Part shown: piece after piece, positions 11,281 through 25,025 of the stretch | Numbering within the stretch: the first letter of the stretch is position 1 | How the letters are laid out: the number at the start of each line of letters is the position of its first letter | Origin: Trichosphaerium sp. ATCC 40318 | Lineage: Eukaryota; Protista; Tubulinea | Reading direction: 5' to 3' | DNA length: 64,000 nucleotides | Assembly: GCA_038496445.1 (NCBI GenBank) | Contig: JALMLS010000186.1 | Span: 102,882-166,881, forward strand | Notes under the pieces: model-generated | Told to the model about the DNA's origin: nothing | Seen by the model: only the letters and a program-made list of their open reading frames with translations | The model's database searches: none | Translations under genes and position numbers: made by a program

Positions 11281-14200
11281 TTAATTGAACATTGCGCTAT
11301 ACTCCATAACAAGGATATCCTCTCCTTGGACTATCAATTTGCCTTTGGCCATAGCAGGCTCATCACCAAATGTAACAGTATAATCACCTCCTCTAATCCA
11401 CTCATTACCTTCTGAATCCACCAATGAAAGTGCTCTTGGTGGTACAGTAAACAACACCTAAAAGGCAGTTCATCAGTAAATATGCGCTTGTACACAAGCA
11501 AATTTTAGAAAAAAAATCAGTCGTTTGAACTGGCCCTTCTTTCACAAAAGAACGGAGAACCTTGTTTGGGAAGTGACTTTTTAAGTAAAAAAAAGGCTAA
11601 CCGTTTCGCTAGTGCCTGGTTTCAGCATGTGTACACGTTGGAAGCCAAATAGTTTCTTAATAGGAGCGTCTGTATGAATACTATATACAAATCCAAGAAC
11701 GCTTACATCTGAGATAACATGTCCAGTGTTCTTAACAGTTACTTCATAACCAACATTTGGTTGAGGATTTGAAAGAGATTTATGTCCGATTGCAAGATCC
11801 TCCGTAGACACTGATATCTGCGATTGTACAATGGTGTAGTTAAACGAAGTATAAGACAAACCAAAACCAAAAGACCACAAAGGCGTTCCAGTGTAGTAGC
11901 GATACGTTATACCACCTAGAGAGTGTAATTAACTTTGTTGTTTCTGGTATGTTTGTCAAAAGAAATACCATCATTTCTGAGGTTCATGTTCTCTTTGTCT
12001 CGTTTGATGAAATCGGCAGGATAGACTGTATTTGGTAGTCTCCCTGACGGACTAACATCTCCATATAGAATAGAGGCTATTGCTTCTCCTATAAAAATAA
12101 TTAAGCAATAAACTGTTGTGTATTTGCTGTAAACCAACTACTAGTTTTCCTTGGTCTTTAGTACCTCCGAATTCGCCTGGATAGAAAGCATCTACGATTC
12201 CAGGCACATTCTCCTTTGTCCATTCAATAGCAAGAGGGCCACCATGTATCAACACAACAATAGTAGGCGTCTAATAATACTGTTATTAAACAAAAAAGAA
12301 AGTTGTTCCAAAACACGTGACAACAGGAATACATCAAGAAAGTGTACCTTAGTTACATGAACAGCTTTGATTAAGTCAGTTTGAACACCAGTCAACTCTA
12401 ATATTTCCCTATCATGACTTTCTCCTTCACTTGCAGCTCCACATCCCTTTCCAGGATGCAATCCAACAAATACAACTGCGTAATCTGCTTCTTTCGCAAT
12501 CTTTGTAGCTGCAGCGAACCCTGAAGTATCGTTGGAAATCAAGTCACAACCAGCTGCATATCCTGCTATTTTTACACCTTTTCTCTTCAAAGCTAGGTAA
12601 GGAGAGTTGTTGTATACGAGTTCATTAGATCCAATATAAGTAGACAACATCTCAATCGTTACATTGAAATGAGGTCCAAGGATGGCAATAGATTTATCCT
12701 TAGAAAGTGGCAATATGTTATCCTCATTCTTTAATAGGACTATACCCTGAAGAGCACCATCAAGGGCAAGTTGCCGATGTTCATGAGTGTCAACAACTTC
12801 AGGTCCAAGTTTTTGGTAACTGACATTCTACAAAGGAGAAAGTGAGTACAAAAGAGGCGCTAGGGCTATAGAAGTACCTCATCCATCTCACCAAGCATAA
12901 AAAGATACTTCCATGATGATATAAACGCATTGTCTACGTCTTTCTCTTTCAACACACCATTCTTGACTGCATCTGGTATGTATGATGAAAAGTACTGACC
13001 ACAGTTCATGTCACATCCAGCGTTGATAGCAACGCGTACTTGTTGGTCTGTAGATCCGTTAAAGTTCTTTTTTATATACTCTGTAAAGGCTCCATCAGTA
13101 ATAGCCAAGCAGTCAGAGACAACAAATCCGTCAAATTGCCATTGCTTTCTTGCTACGTTATTTATGAATTCATTGTTTCCGCAACTTGGAATGCCGTTCA
13201 CTGCGTTGTATGCACACATGATTGAACCTACATGAGCAGCTTCTACAGCTGATCTGAAAGCTGGCCAGTAGAATTCTACTTGATCTTTGAGGTTTACAAT
13301 AGCATTAAAGCTTTGTCGGACTACCTTACATGCAAAATTAGAAACCACATTGTAAGAACAAGTTGATAAAAATATGGGAAAAAACTAGGAATAGCACAAA
13401 GACAGTCATTTGATTATCAAACATTGATTATGATTGTTTATAAGTTTCTAATGCTTTCAAGTGGCTTAACATTGATGAAACATTTGAATGTGTAACAAGA
13501 AGCGAAAATAAAACACATAAATATTAGATTGCGGCTATTACATACCTCACCATTGCCTTCTATGTCATAGTCTGAAAAGTGTTTTGCTGTTGAAATTGCT
13601 TTGTAGAATCTTGGATCATCTCCCTCTTGTACACCTCTTGAGTAATGTTGTACATATTCAGATGTAAGAAAAGGATCTTCGCCAGGGACTTCTTGGCCTA
13701 TATTGTATTTCACTGAGCTACAAGAAAAAGAAAGATAAATCGACAGCACTTGCCTCGTCCCCACCGCGGATCCCTGAATAGATTGATATCTGGTGCCCAG
13801 AAAACGAGCCCTGCTATACCTTGTTTATTCAAGCCACGAGCTTCAATGGCGATAGCAGAGCCAACAGCACTCCACAGCCTAGGTGTAATTTTAAAAAAAA
13901 TGAAAGAAAAGAAGCTACATTTACGTTCTGTTGAACGAAGCACCCATCAGTAACCCATGAACAAATGACGTTGGGCACCCTGTATTCCCATTATATTTCT
14001 CTCCGCAAATAGTATGAACGCCATGTAGAGCTTCTTGGAACTTCAGTCGTGGCACCTGCAGCTTAAGATTAAAAGAGTTCAGAAGCAGTTTCAAATGTAC
14101 AGCAAGTCTTGGAATACCAAGATTATTGTCTATCAACAAATGCGCTTTTTCTGCGAGCGTTAAACGAGATACAAGGTCGGTAACTCTTTCTTCAGCGCCA

Positions 14201-14810
14201 ATATTAGCATTACAATATGGATAGCTACTCAAAGGAGGCTTGCTGCAAGAGGCATCTAAGTCCGAACCCACATCAAGACATTGGTTTGTTGGTAGATTTA
14301 TAGAAAACTGCTTTGTTGTAGTGTTATAAGTCCATTGCTGTACTGCACTATCACGTGTCATTACCCTTTTTAAAACCCAATTATTACCTCCCCGGATTAC
14401 AATGGCTCAGCCACACAACAGATCCCTCACGGTCTGCAGTAGCAGTCAAACAAAGTGTCAGGTCTGACTTTGGATGTATTTGTGTGTGTTTCGCCGATAG
14501 GTCTACTACCCATTGCTGGGCTGTAGATGATTCGCATTTCCATGAGTGCGGTATAAGATGGGTAGTACAACCATCGCAATCGAGGCACCCAAGAGAGGGG
14601 TTATTGCCTTCCTGTTAGACCGTTAGATGTTGACAAAAGCGTCGTTTATGGCAACACACCCCAACAATGAGTGTTCTGTCTTTGTAAGTCCATTTTTGAT
14701 TGTTATCACCACCAGTACAGTTAAAAAGCTGTAAATTGACAGCTGGCGAACATGTAGAAGTACAAAATAAGCCAAAGAAGAATACGAGGAGTATTCCAAG
14801 CTTCTAACAT
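11281..14810 (-). CDS. Secreted GH3 beta-xylosidase/beta-glucosidase with N-terminal ricin-B lectin and C-terminal Fn3-like domain
   Basis: [41 protein letters not shown] (nucleophile), SGRLP and FGFGLSYTSF motifs. QxW repeats at the N-terminus. Confidence 0.92.
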
Positions 14811-15445
14811 GGTTTTAAGAAACAACAAAGTAATCAAAGAGTTTACCATTTTATTAAAAAGTAGAAGGCGAGCTGTTCGTAACACGTGATAAAGCGAATT
14901 TAAGCCAAAAAGGTTAAGGCGATCGCGTGCACAAAAAACCAAAGTAGAAGACCATTTACAGCACCTTTAGTATGCAATACTTCTTTATTGTAGGCAGACG
15001 ACATTTGTTCTACAATGTACGAAAATACACTTCGGAGCGGATTCTTGTCTTAGCGGAAATCGGTTTTATTACCCACAATAAATTTAAACGCAAAATCTCG
15101 ATTTGATTAGGCATTCCCTTGAATGCTGGCATACTCAGTGCGCTCCAAAATCTAACAGCTACCCAAAAGCTGATCTTAAATGGAGCCATAGACCTTTAAT
15201 AAACGCCATTCATTCATTTTATAAACGTGAGCAAGTTAATGTTGATATCTATCTAAAAGATTAATTCGTTTTTTACATAACTCACGTTTGTACCAACACC
15301 AAGGTACTTACCAAAACGTATAGCATACCTGTTAAATTTAACCTCATACAACCATTCAGGCTATTAATTAGCACTCATTTTTTATTTATGTGGATACAAA
15401 TTGAGGCTATCCAACTTGAATTTTCATCCGTCACCAAAAACAACA

Positions 15446-16498
15446 CTACAAAGAAACTACTGAGCGAAGATGCTTTGAAGCAACAAACGCTAACGACAAA
15501 GAGTCCTCTTTAGCTTCGAAAACAGCCTTGCATAGTTTCACGATAAGATCAAAACGAGAATACATAGCAATACTTTCAACATCATCACCACATGGTTCAT
15601 CATGATAAATAGCTCCAATGAGGATTTTAGCAGCTTTTGGATATCCACATAACAGAAATCCAGGTATTGCAAAGTGATGTGCGATTGGCTTAAAGTTCCC
15701 TCTGATTTGGTCCCATCCACCATTATTGCACTGTTCGTGAACCGCTGCAGCTGCCGAGAAGCATGTGAGGAGCTTCCAACCATTTTCCTCACTTGAGTCA
15801 CTGTCAAGAACAGATTGAAGCCATACCTTGAAATGTTCTAGTGTAGCTTGACTGGTTTCACCTTTTTCAATGTCGAACTTTTCAACACGTTTCATTACTT
15901 CTGATAAGGGTATTTCTGTCTTGATGTAGCTGGCGTGTGCGCTAACGTCTCTTCCTTTTGACTCTACCCATCTTCTTATGACATAATCCCAGTGATAAAT
16001 AGGAATCTTATTCCACAGAGTATCAACGCTAAGGTGTTCCGGAAAAACGCGATTAACAAAGCCGTTTGAGGTTTTATGCCAAAATGAAGGGTTTAAAACA
16101 TAAGAACCCAAGTGTTGCTTGAACATACATTTCTTTAAAGCTATTTGAAGATCATCAGAAGTCATATCGTCAAGTTCTTTCTTTTTTTTTGACATAATTT
16201 CATCATAAATTCCTCTAGCTTGTTTAAGCATCTTATCAGCCTTAAACTTTTCAATAATTGCCTCTAACTTCTTTATTTCTTTATCGCTCGATCCACTTTC
16301 TTTAGCTTCTCTTATTTTTCTCTCATGGCAAGGAATAATGTGTTCAATACCGACATGTAATTTATCATTATTTCTGAAAGCATAGTGATAAATTCCATCT
16401 CCGCATCTACTACAACCCGGGTTTGGATGGTTTTCAATGGACGTAGTATTAAGCAAAAGCGTTTTTAAGTCTTCATTTGACACGGTAGAGACAGACAT
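15446..16498 (-). CDS. Intronless 350-aa protein with a C-terminal DMP19/DUF4375-like motif
   Basis: Long uninterrupted ORF. EQCNNGGWDQIRGN...AIPGFLLCGYPKAAKILIGA resembles the DUF4375 EVxNGGFxQxFxN...GxxxxAxxLxxA pattern. Confidence 0.7.
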   Translation of the reverse strand: MSVSTVSNEDLKTLLLNTTSIENHPNPGCSRCGDGIYHYAFRNNDKLHVGIEHIIPCHERKIREAKESGSSDKEIKKLEAIIEKFKADKMLKQARGIYDEIMSKKKKELDDMTSDDLQIALKKCMFKQHLGSYVLNPSFWHKTSNGFVNRVFPEHLSVDTLWNKIPIYHWDYVIRRWVESKGRDVSAHASYIKTEIPLSEVMKRVEKFDIEKGETSQATLEHFKVWLQSVLDSDSSEENGWKLLTCFSAAAAVHEQCNNGGWDQIRGNFKPIAHHFAIPGFLLCGYPKAAKILIGAIYHDEPCGDDVESIAMYSRFDLIVKLCKAVFEAKEDSLSLAFVASKHLRSVVSL

Positions 16499-16678
16499 TA
16501 TAAGAACAGAGGTGTTGTTGTAAGTATACTACCAAAAAAACAAGAAAAAATATTTCTGATAAAAATACAAGAATCGTTCACTGTACGTTTCCATAGATGG
16601 TAAAACTCGACAGAAAAATAGTCGCGTGCCCTCCTATTGCTATAAATCAGACCCCCAATCTCTGTAAATAGTACTTAA

Positions 16679-17182
16679 GGGGACACCCAAATTTTCAAGA
16701 CTGTTTTTTTGAAATAACTCTGGCAACCTGTAATTTTAACCAGAGCTTTTTGGTTACATAGTGGTCATCTATTGAAAACATGGGCACAGTAAAATACCGT
16801 GTAAGAAAGTGCAAAATCCTATTATGAATTGCACACTTTCAAAAAAAGAGTACCACACGGCTGTTTTACTTGCTACGATACACCCATTTTCTACACGTTA
16901 AAAAATAAAAACGAATAAACATGATTTTTTAGGGTTTTAAAACGGGTTTGAAAAATCACCTCAAAATCGCCCAGAGTGCACTTAACTAAATTAGAGGAGC
17001 TCTAATACTGTTGAGGCACTATTGTAACTGTAATTAGGCCAAACAGCCTTCACTGATTAGGGTCTAAGGCCTGTTTTTGTGTTTAAATTACTGTTTACAG
17101 AAGGGTATTTTTAAAACACGTGACTGTGAAAAGTACGCTGCCAATGGTATAAAATCAAAAATTGAAATTAGAGGATGTGCCC
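16679..17182. mobile_element. Kolobok-like MITE (about 504 bp, TTAA TSD, imperfect TIR)
   Basis: TTAA|GGGGACACCCAAATTTTCAA ... TTGAAATTAGAGGATGTGCCC|TTAA, with a non-coding interior. Confidence 0.55.
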
Positions 17183-17496
17183 TTAAAGTACTCTTATCAA
17201 TAGGTTGCGTCGGTTAAGTTACTCCCCTTTAAGTGCATGTATCATGATGTCAACTAAATAAGAAAGATTGTCTTTACAGATTTTCTCTTTGCGAAATCGT
17301 TTCATTCCAACGGGTTGTACGAGCAAGTTTTTTTAACTTTTTATTATTTTTCCATACAATAATTAATACAACAAAAGCGAAAGGAAAACCAAAGAAAGGA
17401 ATGTGAAGTTTAAATAATTCTTTTTTTTTTTCCACATAATCTTCTTTTTCTTTTTCTTTCTCTTTTGACTTGGCGCCTATGTGGTTTTTTCTAAAA

Positions 17497-20400
17497 CTAG
17501 TGTTGTGGAGGTGTAGGTAAAGGTTTGGTAATTTTAGGCTTTGGTGGAGGTTCAGGTCTTGCACCACGGTTGACAGGAGGAGGACCAGCATGAGCAGCAG
17601 CTGGAGGTGCAGGAGCAGGACGAGCAGCGGCTGGAGGCGCAGGAGCAGCTCTAGCATGTACAGCTGGAGAAGGTGCATGTGTTGTAGTATGGGATGTTGA
17701 CCCACCGTAAGTACTCTTACTTGCTGCAGGAGCAAAACAGAACTTCTTTGACTTCCATAAGAAGTAGCAAACAACACAAACAACAACAATAATAAAAACG
17801 ATCAGAAAGATGACGCCTATAGCAGCGCCTGCAGCACTACTACCTCCAGAGTTTGATGATAAATCTTCTCTAAGCAGACATCTACTTTCTGCAGCAGCTA
17901 AAGAATAAAAGGGTCAGTAAAGAGTTAAGCATGGTCGAAAAAAACTTTGATTATCTTTTCCTTGTCGGACTACTTACCAGCTTGTTCAATCTTTGTACGA
18001 AGTAACAATGATACACGATTACTATTAGTACCGTGCTTTCCTTCTGCACCAAAAGTGATATCAATGTTGGAACAGTAGGACATAATAGTTCCTCCATCAG
18101 CGGGTTGACTCTCAGCACCACTGAAACAAGCAGATCCTCTTGATGTCTCTCCTGATTGACATCCATCAACATGAACAGATGCAAAACCTAATTAGACTGT
18201 TATACTCCATTATACTCTTACATATACAACTAGAATTGATGCAGCAACAAACTGTTGAATGCACTATAAAATTGAACGTGACAGATTAAAAAAAACGGGA
18301 GATATTTTCCTCTTTGAGCAAAAAAATCCATGTCGTACCATCTATGGCCATTGCTGGTGTATTATAACAATGAGTATGTGAACTACCAACTGTATGACCA
18401 AGTTCATGTGCTACAGTAACAACAAATCCCTTAAATCTTGATGTCTTTTGCTCAGGAGTGTACATTCTATTAACAGATCCGCCTATAAAAAAAAAAGAAA
18501 AACATCAATAACTTGCCACAATAATATTTAATTTGGTAATGCAGAAAAAAAGTATTTTTTTCTACCGTTATCAATTCACGTACTTCTCGTTCCACACAAA
18601 ACATCTACATTTGCAAGACCAGCAACAAAGCTATTTGTACCACCACCAATATTACGTGTAGTAACAAGCGCATAAGCATCAATCTCATAGTCACTGAGGA
18701 GACTACGACGTGTAGGACTAAATAAAAATTAGCTCAATATCGAAAAAAAGAAGAAAAATCCAACGCACTCATTCACACTGTAGTAAGCTACAATTTCATT
18801 CAAAAGAGCAGATGCAGCTCCATCTCCAGAAGCACCGCTCCACGGATCAGCAGCTAAAAAGAAATAAGCATTACATCCAACAAAGTCCAAATCTTTCTTT
18901 AAAACGCACATGAAGAATATAGAAATAAGTTTTGAATCTTTACTTTAGTGTTCAAGTCTGAGAGGTACACTGATGATACTTCAGCAATACTTTCTTCAAT
19001 ATTAGTCCTTAACAAATCCAAGTCATCACCTATTATCAAATATTTAATGGTTTATCCCAATAATACAAAGCGAAACAAAAAAAATCAGTGTTGTGTTTGT
19101 TGACATACCATAAGCTGTGAATGTTTCAAAATCAGATTCAACAGCAAGCTAGGAGGTAAAACTTAGTAAGATAACAAATAAATCGTAATAAAAGACAATA
19201 TAAGTAACACGACATGCTAATATTGTTCAAAGTTAAAACCAAAACCACTTTCTTGTTTTGAAAAAAACATTCAGGAAATAAAGATTGCGTTCAACGTACA
19301 CGCATTGTATACGTAATACCATCATTCGTTGGTTTCAATCCAGTCTGTTCAACACCACGTTTTGACATTGAAGCAATAACACCTCCAACCTTGCCATCAC
19401 GAAAATGGAAATCATGATCGTGATCATGTGTCATATTATGATCGTGTCCACTACATTTACCAACATGATCATGTTCAGGTTTTGGTTCGAGTTTCTCTAA
19501 ATGTACTGTTTCTTCATTAACATGTACGTCATAATGACCTTCGCCATGCTAAAATAAAGCGATTAGTACATACATGAAAAAAGTTGATAATTCTTTCTTA
19601 GTTTTTCGCTGTAATTGTTGCAATAATCACTTTTTTCAATTTGCCACACGTGTATACTGCGTTTTAGTACTATCAAAAAAACGAGTTTTAAATGCAATCT
19701 TTAAAAACGATACAATCATAAAAAATAGCCAAAACGCCACTAAACTGCATCCTTTTTATGTGCACAGAGTCAATTTCAGCAAAAAAAAAAGATCCAAAGT
19801 CCACCAAAACTGCAAAAACAACGAAAAACGAAAAACGTTTCTTTCTCGTTTTGACGCATTTTCATCTCAATGTACGTTGATTAAAAGTCCGTGATAATTA
19901 TTGTGTTTTTCGAAAAAACCTTTTGTACCTTTCCAAACGCCCACGCTGACACTTCGCCTTTGTGATCGAAATGAAACCTCACGTGAACATCACCAAGCTT
20001 TGCGCTAAAGTGGTGGGACTCTAAAACAACGATTGTGAGACTTTTTGACAATATCCGAAAGTTGCGGGGTTATCCCGTTATTTAAGTTTTGTTAGACATC
20101 TACCGTACGATTCTGTGCGTGAAGAAGGATTTTTCACGAATAGTAGAATGCGAGACGGGGATTTTTGGGTTGAAAAATTGAAAGTACCTGGAATCTCCAT
20201 TTGATGCTTGTTGTTAATGAATATCTTTGCTCCATTTGCTTTGGGTTATGTTTAGACCATATTTGTGTTTCAGTTTATCAATACGCACCATACGGGCTTT
20301 CTCTCTTTTTCATATGTAATACAGTGCTCTCTCCATTCCTTTTTGATTTGGTTAGAAGCTTTTTTAGTAAACTTCGTGATTTAAACGTTTAATGTCAATG

Positions 20401-20614
20401 GTTGATGATATACACGCACTCTTGTTGTGGTAGATGCACTTTAAATGCTTCTGACTCTCGTATTTCTCTGTGGTTAGCGTGAAAGTGCGCCCAAGGTATA
20501 GAGGCTGTATAAAGGCACTTAGGACGGTTTGATAATAAAATATTGCGTACTAGCGCTAATTGTTACGGCACAACCAAACAGAAGGCCCAACAGAAGCAGT
20601 GCGTTGTAGTGCAT
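17497..20614 (-). CDS. Metzincin (reprolysin/M12B-like) metalloprotease A, type-I membrane with Pro-rich tail
   Basis: Signal peptide MHYNALLLLGLL, VAHELGHTVGSSH zinc motif, TIMSY Met-turn, TM helix, then ...RPEPPPKPKITKPLPTPPQH*. Confidence 0.85.
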
Positions 20615-21471
20615 TGCTTATATCGCGTTTATCAACCTTTTTTTAAAATGGGTCATGTGAAATGACGTGACTGTTGTCTTGCTCGAATTTCCCCGTGGTG
20701 AAGCTGAGTGAATGTTTTCATTGGCTATTGCAATATAGCACGATTAATAACGGTATGGAGTGCATAGCTACGAAAACAGCCCGTGGTGGCTTCCTCCGTA
20801 CAAATAGGTTATGTTGACCGCATCTGCGCCGAAGCAGTATGTTGATACAAAGCGGCTCATAGCGGCGATCAGAATATTAACAAGCAGACAAACGGAGAGT
20901 TAAGCTAAATAGGATTCAAGCTCCACTTGCGAGCTGTACAGTCGATCAAAAACGTCCTATTATCAAAGTCTCAGTTTGGCTTGCTGTAATGTAGCCCAAC
21001 AGTTGTTTCTACGCTCATAACAACAGTCAACACCCACCAAATACCAAACGATGGTTTCTGTACGTTATCAAGTGCTACCTCACCAATTGCCAAACATAGA
21101 AAACAACTCTGACACTCAAATTAAAGCGTGTTAGATGTTTACAAAAATGGCGAAACAGAGGTCACACGGTAGCTCTGTAGACTGCTACACTTAAAAAACA
21201 ACGTGCTGTAGGCATCTAAGCCCAACAAAGCAACGTGTAGTGTCAATTTATACGAAAAAAAAAGTAGAAGCTGTGAAAAAAGTGCAAGTTTTCATGCATT
21301 TCATCAAATCGCTCTCACGTTAAGATTAGTTATAAGACAATAATTACTAATCTGTATGCGACCCTAGTTGTTTTAGATCCTTATCAACATTACTAGCTCA
21401 CGTTGGCATAATGAATGAATGGTGTTTATTTAATTAAGTCTACGGCTACATTTAAGACTATTAGAGTGTCA

Positions 21472-24420
21472 CTAAATAAGGAGAAGCGCGATAACTCCAG
21501 CAACAATAGCAATGCCTGCAGCATTACGGCCCGAGTTTGCTGATGAATCTTCTCTAAGTAGGCATCTACTTTCTGCAGCAGCTAAAGAATAAAAGGGTCA
21601 GTAAAGTTAAGCATGGTCGACAAACTCAAGAAAAAATCAGGAAAAACAATTTTGAACCAGTTGTCTTTCCTCTCGGTGTACTTACCAGCCTCTTCAATCT
21701 TTGTACGAAGTAACAATGGTACACGATTACTATTAGTACCGTGCATTCCTTCTGCACCAAAAGTGATTTCACTGTTTGAACAGTAGGACATAATAGTTCC
21801 TCCATCAGTGGGTTGACTCTCAGTTCCACTGAAACAAGCAGAGCCTGAATATGTCTCTCCTGATTGACATCCATCAATAGGAACAGATGCAAAACCTAAT
21901 TAGACTGTTATACTCACAAGTAGTATTGATACAGGAACATGAAGGTGACAGAAAAGAATAGCAAGTTTCTAATCAATGAGCAAATTTAATGATGTCGTAC
22001 CATCTATAGCCATTGTTGGTGTATTGTAGCAATGAGTGTGGGCACTGCCAACTGTATGACCAAGTTCATGAGCAATAGTACTGACAAATCCCTTAAACCT
22101 TGATGTCTTTTGCTCAGGAGTGTACATTCTATTAACAGATCCGCCTATAAAAAAGAAAAACATCAATAACGGTTGTCATCCAAACAGTCATGTCAACCCA
22201 ACAAACAAAGTTGATTCGCAGTAATATTTACTTTGTGTAGGATTTCATAAGACAAATCGCAGGTGTCGGTGCACCAAAAAAACAAGTGTTCTTCGATAAT
22301 TGTAGAACATTATTCACTTCACGCACTTCTCGTTCCACACAAAGCATCTATATTTGCGCGACCAGAAACAAAGCTAAAATCATTGCCACCAATATTGCGT
22401 ATAGAAAAAAGTGTATAAGCATCAATCTCATAGTCACTGAGGAGACTACCACGTGTAGGACTAGTAACAATTAACAGGTCATAAAAAAATAAGAAAATCT
22501 ACGCACTCATTCGTACTGTAGTAAGCTACAATTTCATCCAACAGAATATTCGCGGCTCCATCTCCAGAAACACCGCTCCACGGATCAGCAGCTAAAGAAA
22601 AATAAGCATTACATCCAACAAACGCTACTCCTTCTTTAAAACGCACATGAAGAATATAGAAACAAGTTTTGAATCTTTACTTTAGTGTTCAAGTCTGAGA
22701 GGTACACTGATGATACTTCAGCAACACTTTCTTCAATATTAGTTCTTAACAAATCCAAGTCATCACCTATTATGGAATTAGGTTTGTCAAGAATACAAGC
22801 AGACTATTGTTAAGTTTAAGTTTTATCTCAAGAACACATAGCGCAACAGGCAAACCTTCATACGAAAGAAACCCAGCGCTCACTGTTTGTTGGCGTACCA
22901 TAAGCTGTGAATGTTTCAAAATCAGATTCAACAGCAAGCTAGGATGTACTTAGTACGACAACATATAAATCGTAACAAAAAGAAAATATAAGGGATACAT
23001 CGGCTAAGTATACTTTCAACAAAATTAAAACTGTATAAAAATAAACCGTTCAACGTACACGCATTGTATACGTAATACCATTATTCGTTGGTTTCAAAGC
23101 AGTCTGTTCAACACCTCGTTTTGACATTGAAGCAATAACACCTCCAACCTTATCATCACGAAAATGGAAATCGTGATCGTAATCATGTGTCATGTTATGA
23201 TCGTGTCCACTACATTTACCAACATGATCATGTTCAGGTTTTGGTTCGAGTTTCTCTAAATGTACAGTTTCTTCATTAACATGTACGTCATAATGACCTT
23301 CGCCATGCTAAAATACAGATATTAGGACATATTTTAGGTGTGAAGCGAGCGAAGGCGCAACTAAGAACGTGAATAAGATGAAAAAATAGATATTGAATAT
23401 CAAAAGTTATGTAGTAAATAAAAGGTTTAACGGCGAATAAAAAATTCACAAACACAAAGGGGTTTCACCTGTATAGTAGTAGAAAGTCACGTGCTTGCTA
23501 CCACTAATCGGGAGTTGCCTTTTGGAGAATAGGTTAACGTTGTATTAATACAGCGTATTTCAGGTCAACTCCAATTTGAAAACGCTATAATTCCAAAAAA
23601 AATAGCGCTAAAACACCTCCAAAGTACCTCCTCTTATGTGTACAGCGTCACTTTCAGCAAAAAAACAGCGACGAACTTCAAAACCTCAAAAAATAAAGAA
23701 ATTTAAAATCATTGTGTCGCTTGGTGAACAAGCACGTGATAATTATTGTGTTTTGCGAAAATCTTTGTACCTTTCCAAACGCCCACGCTGACACTTCGCC
23801 TTTGTGATCGAAATGAAACCTCACGTGAACATCACCAAGCTTTGCGCTAAAGTGGTGGGACTCTAAAACAAAATTGTGAGACTTTTTGACTTTTTCGGAT
23901 ATCCGAAACTTGCGGTTTTCCTGTTATTGAAGTTTTGGTTCTACGGCACAATTCCACGTGTTTAAAAGCTTTTAATAAAAAACAGAATTTAGAAAGCGAG
24001 CGGGATTTTGTGGTTTAAAAACAAGTGCAACAGAAGTACCTTTAATCTCCATTTGATGCTCGTTGTTGATAAATACCTTTGCTCCATTTGCTTTGGGTTA
24101 GGTTTAGACCATATTTCAGTTTATCAACACGCACCATACGGACTTTCTCTCTTTGTCATATGTAATACAACGATCTCTCCATTCCTTTTTAGACTTAGAA
24201 GGTTTTTTAAACTGTCTTGATTTCACGCACTTTTGTGGTAGATGCACTTTAAATGCTTCTGACTCTCGTATTTCTCTGTGGTTAGCGTGAAAGTGCGCCC
24301 AAGGTATAGAGGCTATACACGTTAGGACTCAGCTGTAAATAGGTATAGCGTACTACTAGCGTTAATTGTTATGGCACAACCAAACAGAAGGCCTAACAGA
24401 AGCAGTGCGTTGTAGTGCAT
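21472..24420 (-). CDS. Metzincin metalloprotease B, tandem paralogue, probably GPI-anchored
   Basis: Exons near-identical to A, IAHELGHTVGSAH zinc motif, ends SSANSGRNAAGIAIVAGVIALLLI*. Confidence 0.85.
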
Positions 24421-25025
24421 TGCTGTTTATTGTGTCCAACAATTTTTAAAATGTCATGTGAAATGACATGACTTGTTTCTCGAACTTCCCCGTAGCGAAG
24501 ATGTGTGAATCCTTTCATTGCCTATTTCAGATAGCAGTTAATAAGTATATGGCGTGCGCAGCACTAAAACGAATGAACCAGCACGTGCTGGTGGAGCTTC
24601 CTACCATACAAAGCTAAAAAGGATGCAGCAAGCTCCTCTTGTGAGCTAGTAACAACGTGTCCTATAGACCGTCAGTTCTCATCCCGTGCAAAGTCTCAGT
24701 TTGACATGCTTTTGTTTTCTTTTTTCTTAGCTGGTAACAGTGATAGAACAAGAACGCATTCAGTCTTTTCCAGAGGACTTCGAAAAAACGAATTACATAA
24801 AAGTGACAAGCTATCAGTGCTTTTTTAAATGTGATGCCAAAAAGACACTAAATTGTTGACATTGCGAGTCTGTGTCCAAACGCCCCAACCTAAAAGCCAA
24901 AGTCCTCGTACTATGTACAAAACGACTTAGGTAAAGCTAGTACTTAAGAGACTGTAATAAGCCAGAACTCAAGGCGTCGAAAAAAGTAAGCGAGCCCAAA
25001 TCCGTAAATAATAGAACGATCTGTT

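Noticed and set aside
17274-17789. 171-aa Leu-rich ORF
   Set aside because: Alternative frame of the Pro/Ala-rich last exon of metalloprotease A.
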